A stretch of 64,000 nt of DNA, taken from contig JBMNLZ010000003.1 in NCBI GenBank assembly GCA_050953065.1, forward strand, positions 448,001 through 512,000, given 5' to 3'. Both the position numbers and the translations under genes were made by a program. This stretch comes from Bacilli bacterium (lineage in GTDB: Bacteria; Bacillota_I; Bacilli_A; ML615J-28; CAG-698). A model generated the notes under the pieces. That model worked only from the letters and a program-made list of their open reading frames with translations. It ran no database searches and was not told the DNA's origin. This document shows, piece by piece, positions 43,664-50,390 of this stretch. Numbering within the stretch: position 1 is the first letter of the stretch; every line of letters begins with the position of its first letter.

Positions 43664-44167
43664 TTAATCTATTAAAGTAATAGATTTAATTATCAAATCT
43701 TCTTTTGGAAAATCTTTCAATCGCCAACCATCATTTTCTGTATAAGTTGATGTATAACTTAATGCTAAAACTACTTCTAAACTTTCCTGATCAACTACTT
43801 TTCCAAATGCTGCATAATTACCATCTAAAAATGTTGAATCAGCCGAAACAATAAAAAATTGAGTTGAAGCAGAATTATAATCACCTTCGGCTCTTGCCAT
43901 TGAAATAACTCCTGCTTTATGTGATAGATTATTCTCTATTCCATTTTTAGAAAACTCTCCAGTTATATTTTCTCTATCTTCTTTTGATTGAAGATGATGT
44001 TGATCATCAACATAAAGCCAGCCTGCTTGAATCACAAAATCTTTTATAACTCGATGAAAGATAACATTATCATAATATGATTCTTCAACTAAACTCAAAA
44101 AATTAGCTACTGATATTGGAGCAATATCAGGATATAATTCAATCCTTATTTCTCTTAAATCTTCCAT
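43664..44167 (-). CDS. Cyclophilin-type peptidyl-prolyl isomerase (C-terminal part of a split gene)
   Basis: APISVANF, FHRVIKDFVIQAG, GVISMAR, SASTQFFI, LDGNYAAFGKV. Confidence 0.9.
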   Translation of the reverse strand: MEDLREIRIELYPDIAPISVANFLSLVEESYYDNVIFHRVIKDFVIQAGWLYVDDQHHLQSKEDRENITGEFSKNGIENNLSHKAGVISMARAEGDYNSASTQFFIVSADSTFLDGNYAAFGKVVDQESLEVVLALSYTSTYTENDGWRLKDFPKEDLIIKSITLID

Positions 44168-44173
44168 CGTAAT

Positions 44174-44458
44174 TCATTTAGCAAAAAGAGTAATGTTTGT
44201 ATCTAACATAGTTTTATCAAACTCTTCAATTGGTTGTTCATATCGACCATTATCTAAAAACCAGCCCGAAAAGACATATCCTTCTTTTGTTGGAGTTGGT
44301 AATTCCTCTGGAAAACTCCCAAGTTCAAAAGTAATATTCTTTAATTCATCTCCGCCATTAGTATCAAAAACAATTTTTTTCATGCTAACAGAATCTCCTT
44401 TACAAGAAGATAGGATAAATAAAAAAATTATTAATAAAACAATATTAAACTTTTTCAT
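44174..44458 (-). CDS. Lipoprotein N-terminus with InlB B-repeat, in frame with the cyclophilin across one TGA
   Basis: Lipobox LSSC; FDTNGG..PTPTKEGYVFSGWF..ITLFAK-TGA-ITMEDL. Confidence 0.75.
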   Translation of the reverse strand: MKKFNIVLLIIFLFILSSCKGDSVSMKKIVFDTNGGDELKNITFELGSFPEELPTPTKEGYVFSGWFLDNGRYEQPIEEFDKTMLDTNITLFAK

Positions 44459-44604
44459 TTTTCTTGCCTCTTAAACTTAGTTATATTTTATCAGTTTTTC
44501 CTTATTAAAGCAAACCAAAATTAAAACTCAAGTTATTTTTTATATTGCGTTACGATTAATGTGAAATATTTAAGAATTAAAAGTAAACTTAAACTTCTAT
44601 ATAA

Positions 44605-45861
44605 TTAATTTTTTAAACAAGCTATAGGAACAACTAATACTCCATCTTCTCTTTTATAGGCTGCTGGTACAGCAGTTAACACCATTAAGAAGCTCGGCCC
44701 TTTTAATTTTTGATCTATTTTATTTTTTAACTTAATCAAATTATTAGCTGCCTCATCAATTTCAGCACCACCAAGTTTAATTTCGATTGCTCCCCATCTT
44801 CCATCATTTAAATGAATTATTGAATCTACCTCTAAGCCATCAGCATCTTTATATTGATATAATTCTCCACCAATACTTTGAGCATAAACTTTTAAATCCC
44901 TATGACATAGTGATTCAAAGAAAAAACCCATTGTATTTAAATCATTTATTAAATCATATGGTTTAGCGCCTAAAGCAACTGCTGCGATAGAAGGATCTAC
45001 GAATTGCCTTTTATCAGCAGTTCTAATTGTAGTTTTTGATCTTAATTTAGGAGACCAAGCTTTAATGTTTTCTATTACAAACAATTTTTCAAAAGCTCCA
45101 ATATATGATATAAGCGTCTTCATATCTATTGTTGAATCATTTGAAGCAACATCAGATTGTAAGGTTTTGTTTGTAGCAAATGTAGATATATTTCTAGCAT
45201 AAGCTCTAAGAATTGCTTGAGCTCTACTTGGATTTCTTTTAATACCATCTACATCAACAATATCTTCAGTTGTCAGCGATTTAAAATAGGCTGAAACTAA
45301 TGTTTGATAATGCTCTTCTTTTAAAACCGTTTCAGGCCACCCACCTCTACAAATAACAACAGCTATCTCATTAAGTGATAATTTAGATTCTCCAAATATA
45401 GAATCATTCCCATCAAACAAACTACTTAATGATACCTCACCACTAGAATCACCCGATTCCCATAAGCTCATTGTTCTCATAGTAATTTTAGAAATTCTAC
45501 CAGTTCCACTATGACGATTTTGATCTTCAACTGGTTTTGCTGAACCAGTTAAAATATATTGACCTGAAAGTCCCGTTTCATCAATATCGGTTCTAATAAA
45601 ATCCCAAAGATCAGGAATTTTTTGCCATTCATCAAACATAAGAGGTTTATCGCCTTCTAATAAATTTTCTTTGCTAGTTGTAGCATAAGCTAAATATTGT
45701 CTATAAGTTATAGGATTTTGCAATTTAATAATCTTTTTAGCAAATCTTGCTCCCGTTGTAGATTTGCCACACCACTTAGGTCCTTCTATTGCAATACAAC
45801 CTAAAGCATTAAGTTCAGCTTCAATTGTTTTTTCTATTAATCTATTAATATAACGTTTCAC
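44605..45861 (-). CDS. AAA_14 ATPase with DUF4143 (PD-(D/E)XK-like) C-terminus
   Basis: GPKWCGKST, FDEWQ, ILTGS, HSGTGR, GGWP, EVDSI, IEIK; GGAGG RBS with GTG start. Confidence 0.92.
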   Translation of the reverse strand: MKRYINRLIEKTIEAELNALGCIAIEGPKWCGKSTTGARFAKKIIKLQNPITYRQYLAYATTSKENLLEGDKPLMFDEWQKIPDLWDFIRTDIDETGLSGQYILTGSAKPVEDQNRHSGTGRISKITMRTMSLWESGDSSGEVSLSSLFDGNDSIFGESKLSLNEIAVVICRGGWPETVLKEEHYQTLVSAYFKSLTTEDIVDVDGIKRNPSRAQAILRAYARNISTFATNKTLQSDVASNDSTIDMKTLISYIGAFEKLFVIENIKAWSPKLRSKTTIRTADKRQFVDPSIAAVALGAKPYDLINDLNTMGFFFESLCHRDLKVYAQSIGGELYQYKDADGLEVDSIIHLNDGRWGAIEIKLGGAEIDEAANNLIKLKNKIDQKLKGPSFLMVLTAVPAAYKREDGVLVVPIACLKN

Positions 45862-45883
45862 AATCCACCTCCACTACACCTTT

Positions 45884-45912
45884 ATAATACCTTTTTTAGA
45901 TTAAAATGTCAA
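45884..45912 (-). promoter_or_regulatory. Sigma-A promoter of the DUF4143 ATPase
   Basis: TTGACA (45912-45907), 17 bp, TATTAT (45889-45884) on the minus strand. Confidence 0.7.
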
Positions 45913-45916
45913 TCAA

Positions 45917-45978
45917 ATTCCCAGTTTTGTGGACTTTTCATTCCCAGTTTTGTGGACTTTTCATTCCCAGTTTTGTGG
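45917..45978. repeat. 23-bp tandem repeat, ~2.7 copies (ATTCCCAGTTTTGTGGACTTTTC)
   Basis: Copies at 45917, 45940 and 45963 (partial), immediately upstream of the -35 box. Confidence 0.95.
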
Positions 45979-45981
45979 GAA

Positions 45982-46040
45982 TTTATAAAGTTTTAAAATC
46001 TAATCTATATGCCCAAACAATTGTTCCTATTATCAAGATT
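45982..46040 (-). pseudogene. Eroded 3' end of an LRR gene (paralogous to 34734-34793)
   Basis: tttataaagttttaaaatctaatctatatgccc-aaacaattg..ttatcaagatt aligns with the stop region of the 34752-36236 gene. Confidence 0.65.
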
Positions 46041-46166
46041 ATTAACATTTAAGTCATCATCAAAAATTAGATTTTAAATAAAGTTAATATAAATAATACT
46101 TTTATAATTCTTTTTCTATTTTCCTTTTTAAGATTTTTATCACCACTATATATGCTCCTTAAAAAT

Positions 46167-46217
46167 ATTTTTCAAGGGACTTTTGGTGCTCTAATGAGAA
46201 TTTTTCAAGGGACTTTT
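46167..46217. repeat. 18-bp direct repeat (ATTTTTCAAGGGACTTTT) x2, 33-bp period
   Basis: Copies at 46167-46184 and 46200-46217. Confidence 0.9.
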
Positions 46218-46228
46218 ATAAACAAATT

Positions 46229-46275
46229 AAAACAAACCTTATTTTATGGTTGATTCATAAAGCAAGGTTTGTTTT
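46229..46275 (-). terminator. Terminator hairpin after abiEii
   Basis: AAAACAAACCTTATTTTATG / CATAAAGCAAGGTTTGTTTT. Confidence 0.7.
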
Positions 46276-46285
46276 TAGAATGTAT

Positions 46286-47230
46286 TTATAAGTTTTGTTT
46301 TTTCCATAAAATCATTGGATGTTTGTTAGCACGATTAATAGTTTCTAAATCTTGAAATAACAATTCAAAACAATATTTTTTATTTTCAACATTTTTTATA
46401 AAAGCAATTTGATTAGAATCAAAATCTAAAAGTTTTTTAAGAAATTTTTTTACTTCATATTTAGCATCATCAAAATCAAATTTATCAGTTTTTTTTAATA
46501 CAGGTAATAACTCTCTAACATAGCTGGCATTGCTTATTTTATCAATAATATCAATATTAAAAACTATTTTTTGATTTATACTAGAAAGTAATAAATAAAA
46601 AAGCAAAACATTTTTTAAAATGTTTATATCATCTTGATTCAAAATTTTATTTTTTATCATCTGATATGTATCATATAAATCCCTGATTTGATTACGCATT
46701 AATAAAGCAGTTATTTTACCTGCGTAAATTTCAATTTTTGATAAAGACAAAATATTTGTTTTTTTATTAAAAATTTCGTTATTTAAACTTAAAGTTTGAT
46801 AATCTAATAGGTAGCTTCTTAGTGAATAATTCACTTCAATTTTTATGTTATCATTTCCACCACCACACGGTCTATAAGAAATAACATGAGAATCTAAACT
46901 ATGAAAGTATCTTGATTTTTCACTAATTTTATAACCTTGCATCTCCAAATATTCTTTTAAATCATCATTGATTTTTTTGCGATCTTTAAACATTTTTTCT
47001 TTATCTATATTTTGTGTATAATCTAAATCAATATCAACAGACAACCGTGGTAAATCATCATATAATATATTAATAGCAGTCCCACCCTTTAAAGCAAGTT
47101 TCCCTTTTAACACTTCGCTTGTATTTATATAATCCAAGATTTCTACCAACCTCAATACTTTTTCGAAAGTATTTCTAACGTATCCATATTTTTTGGATAA
47201 TTCACTTAATATTTTTATATCATAATTCAT
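46286..47230 (-). CDS. abiEii: AbiEii-family nucleotidyltransferase toxin (type IV TA)
   Basis: FEKVLRL, LKGGTAIN, RLSVDIDL, IKIEVNY, KITAL..R..RDLYD. Confidence 0.9.
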   Translation of the reverse strand: MNYDIKILSELSKKYGYVRNTFEKVLRLVEILDYINTSEVLKGKLALKGGTAINILYDDLPRLSVDIDLDYTQNIDKEKMFKDRKKINDDLKEYLEMQGYKISEKSRYFHSLDSHVISYRPCGGGNDNIKIEVNYSLRSYLLDYQTLSLNNEIFNKKTNILSLSKIEIYAGKITALLMRNQIRDLYDTYQMIKNKILNQDDINILKNVLLFYLLLSSINQKIVFNIDIIDKISNASYVRELLPVLKKTDKFDFDDAKYEVKKFLKKLLDFDSNQIAFIKNVENKKYCFELLFQDLETINRANKHPMILWKKQNL

Positions 47231-47987
47231 TTTTATTTTCTTCCTCTTTTTTATATAAAAGCCATTTAGGTACAATCAATTGAAAAGATGAAATATATTC
47301 TCCTTCTGCTTTTGATTCATCATTTAAATAACGAACACTTTTATTAATGTTAGTTTTTAAAATACTTAAAAAATCTTCTTTTAAATTTAAATAATCTTTT
47401 AAATAAAATAAAATGAATCCTACTTTTTGATAAAGTGATTGAATATTATATTTTTTCAAATACATAAGTAGTTTCTCTTCATTTATTTTTTTCACCATTT
47501 TTATATTATTGATAATTTCTTCTAAAGAAGAAATTTTATCAATATAATGGATAGAATCAATAATTGTTCTTTCGATATCAGTAACTTTAATTTTATAATT
47601 ATATTCAATTTCCTTGACACCAAACTTCTTATTTGTTTTTACACAAATATATTTAATACCTTCAAATTCAAAATCATTAAAATGGATACTTGAAGATACA
47701 TATACAACATTATATACTTGATTAGTAAAACCGTATACTTCAAAAGCTGAATAATGGCTTAAATAAGAATCTTTATTAATGCTTGAAGCTATTTGAAATT
47801 TATTAGCAAATATTTCTTGTGTCATAGGATTAACACATGAATATAGATCATTTCTAATCTTTCTTAATAATCCTTTTTGTATTAGTCTTCTTAAAGCCGA
47901 ATAGGTAGTTGCTTTATTCTTAAAAACAGTATATGCTTCATCAAAATTAAAGATTACTTTTTCAGATAATTCTTTATACCCTATCAT
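47220..47987 (-). CDS. abiEi: AbiEi-family antitoxin / transcriptional regulator
   Basis: N-terminal wHTH (LRRLIQKGLLRKIRNDLY), YLSHYSAFEVYG, TDIERTIID; overlaps the toxin gene. Confidence 0.88.
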   Translation of the reverse strand: MIGYKELSEKVIFNFDEAYTVFKNKATTYSALRRLIQKGLLRKIRNDLYSCVNPMTQEIFANKFQIASSINKDSYLSHYSAFEVYGFTNQVYNVVYVSSSIHFNDFEFEGIKYICVKTNKKFGVKEIEYNYKIKVTDIERTIIDSIHYIDKISSLEEIINNIKMVKKINEEKLLMYLKKYNIQSLYQKVGFILFYLKDYLNLKEDFLSILKTNINKSVRYLNDESKAEGEYISSFQLIVPKWLLYKKEEENKNEL

Positions 47988-48010
47988 TTTGCCACCTCAC
48001 CATCACTTTA

Positions 48011-48050
48011 ATTATAAAACAAAATTATTTAAATAGCAATAATTTTGTTT
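48011..48050 (-). promoter_or_regulatory. abiE promoter with overlapping 13-bp inverted-repeat operator
   Basis: TTGCTA-17 bp-TATAAT on the minus strand; AAACAAAATTATT-N8-AATAATTTTGTTT. Confidence 0.7.
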
Positions 48051-48261
48051 GTTTTTTAAAGTGCGTGAATCAAACTGTTTTTCCTATTCTTTATATTATA
48101 TTAGCAAGTTTTTTAAGAATTACTCTTTTTTTATCTTTAATTTAAAATAAATTTTCAAACGATTATTTTTTTATCGTTTGAAATTGATAATAATTAATCA
48201 CAGATTTTTTTACAATAAAAAAACTTCTAACGTATTTTAACACATTAGAAGTTTTAAAAAA

Positions 48262-48939
48262 TTACTCTTTTTTATTTTTAGGTCTAATTTTTAATTTAGT
48301 TTTTAGAACTAACCACCATCTTTGTATTTTTTCTTTTCTCTTTAAGGCATTTAGTTTTCTTTGTTTTTTCTTTTCTTCTTTCTTTTCTAATTGTAATTGT
48401 TTAAAAATTTCTTTTTCACTCTTTACTTTAGCTTTATGTTTAACAAGCAAACTACTAGCTATAACTTTTCTAATTTTATTGACCTTTCTTTTTGTAATTT
48501 TCCCTTGAGAATCAGTCACATAAGCACATAGTTTTGAAAGTTTGATTTTACCTAAATTATAATCAGCAATTATTGTTTCAAGTTCAGTTGAAGAAATATT
48601 TAATTTAATTGAATCCCTTGATAATATTATAACTTGTTTTGTAGGATCAAGTTTATTTAGATTTTGATAAGTTTTATAATAATCAATCGTTTGTTCTTTA
48701 TACATAAAACCAAAAGCAACTATTCTTATATCATTAATATTACTATTAAAAATTTGTATAGCAAATTCTTTTGTATTAGTTAATGGCTCATGATCATATG
48801 TTCCATAGATTCTAAATTTTTTATTGTTAAAAAATTTAAAAACTCTAATCAATATAATTAAAGATGTAATTGCTAATACTAAAAATATAATAATGAAAAA
48901 CACAACTATATATTCAAAATTATCTATTATTACTTGCAT
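48262..48939 (-). CDS. Hypothetical single-TM protein with Lys-rich C-terminus
   Basis: N-terminal TM; AGGAG RBS; overlaps the XRE gene stop. Confidence 0.7.
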   Translation of the reverse strand: MQVIIDNFEYIVVFFIIIFLVLAITSLIILIRVFKFFNNKKFRIYGTYDHEPLTNTKEFAIQIFNSNINDIRIVAFGFMYKEQTIDYYKTYQNLNKLDPTKQVIILSRDSIKLNISSTELETIIADYNLGKIKLSKLCAYVTDSQGKITKRKVNKIRKVIASSLLVKHKAKVKSEKEIFKQLQLEKKEEKKKQRKLNALKRKEKIQRWWLVLKTKLKIRPKNKKE

Positions 48940-50239
48940 CTTCTACTCCTTTTGATAATTTATCAATTATCTTATTTACTTTTTTCATTGTATTAGAATT
49001 ATAGTATTCAACTTCAAATAAAGCACCGTTATTAATTAAATACTCAATAATATCTAAATCTTTAGCATCGGTAACTGATAATATATAATTTAAATCATTT
49101 TGATTTAAATTTTTTATTATATATTTTAATAATTCTAGATTGCTTGAAGCAACTGCAGCATATCCTATTTGTTGGAAATCTAGAACTTTTTTATATGTAT
49201 TAATACAATACATATAAGCATCTTTATGTTTTTCAAGAATTAATCTAGCAACTAATTTATTTAAATTTAAATATAACTCTTTATTTAAAGCAATTTTAAA
49301 AATTTCTAAATTGCCTGATGCAGCAATTCTAAATATTACATCTTGAGCAGAAGTTATTCTTAATTCAAGATTATTAATAACATAATCCATGTTATTAATA
49401 TACCAAGCAATTCCATCATAGAATTTATATGTTAGAAAAGTCTTAATAATTAATTCATAATCATTAATAAATTTAAATTTAAAACTAATTGTTTTTAAAA
49501 TTCTTTCCAATTTGTATTTAGCAATTATTTCTAACCATTCTACTTTCAATAAATATGGAATCTTTTTATTTCTTTCAAGACCAAAAAAAAGAGGTACTCT
49601 TTTAATAACTTTAGTTTCATATAACATTAAAACTAAACCTTGATAATTTTCTTTATTTAAAAAGTTAAAGATTTCTTTAGCATACGCTTCATCTGGGAAA
49701 ACAAGCGAATTATAAAGTCTAACATAAGAGTCTAAATATTTCTTTACATTATCAACATTATTCTTTAAAGCATACCATATTATTTTAGTATAAATTGATC
49801 TTGCTTTATGATGAGTCTCTTCTAATAATTTAACATTTGATTCATGTAATAAATTAAATAATTCTAAATTATCATATTCTATCACATATTCAACTAAAGT
49901 ATTACCATAAATATCAGGATTGCTGATACTCATGTTTTTTACTTCTAACCCAGCAAAAGCATCAAGTCCCCTTTTAACTAATTTCTCATATTCAGAAATA
50001 ACAGTCTTACCTTTATCTTCTGAATTATAAATTAATAATTCTTCCATTGAAATATCAAATAACTTTGATATAGCAATAAGATTTTGAATATCAAAAGAAC
50101 TTTTACCATTTAGGTTTTGGGAAACTGCAGATTTAGAAATCGATAATTCTTTTGCTAAATCATCTTGAGTCATATTTCGTTCTTTTAATAATTTCTTAAT
50201 TAATTCTCCTACTTTATTGTTATCAATAACTTCAGGCAT
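48920..50239 (-). CDS. XRE-family HTH protein with ankyrin-like repeats
   Basis: MTQDDLAKELSISKSAVSQNLNG; DIYGNTLVEYVIEYDNLEL, AASGNLE, AVASSNLELLKY, IIEYLINNGA. Confidence 0.8.
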   Translation of the reverse strand: MPEVIDNNKVGELIKKLLKERNMTQDDLAKELSISKSAVSQNLNGKSSFDIQNLIAISKLFDISMEELLIYNSEDKGKTVISEYEKLVKRGLDAFAGLEVKNMSISNPDIYGNTLVEYVIEYDNLELFNLLHESNVKLLEETHHKARSIYTKIIWYALKNNVDNVKKYLDSYVRLYNSLVFPDEAYAKEIFNFLNKENYQGLVLMLYETKVIKRVPLFFGLERNKKIPYLLKVEWLEIIAKYKLERILKTISFKFKFINDYELIIKTFLTYKFYDGIAWYINNMDYVINNLELRITSAQDVIFRIAASGNLEIFKIALNKELYLNLNKLVARLILEKHKDAYMYCINTYKKVLDFQQIGYAAVASSNLELLKYIIKNLNQNDLNYILSVTDAKDLDIIEYLINNGALFEVEYYNSNTMKKVNKIIDKLSKGVEDASNNR

Positions 50240-50356
50240 ATGATTCAGCTCCTCTCACACTAGTATTATATCACTATTTTTTTGAAAATCAAAAACGTTA
50301 TTAATTAACTTTTTATAAACTGATAATTTTTAAAATATTTTATTTATTTAAAAATG

Positions 50357-50389
50357 AAAAATAAGTTAAGACTTACTTAACTTATTTTT
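50357..50389. terminator. Hairpin at the trailer end of the CRISPR array (likely pre-crRNA terminator)
   Basis: Perfect 14-bp IR AAAAATAAGTTAAG-actta-CTTAACTTATTTTT. Confidence 0.7.
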
Positions 50390-50390
50390 T

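Noticed and set aside
45917-45978. 23-bp repeats as a mini-CRISPR array
   Set aside because: Head-to-tail with no spacers and unrelated to the array repeat
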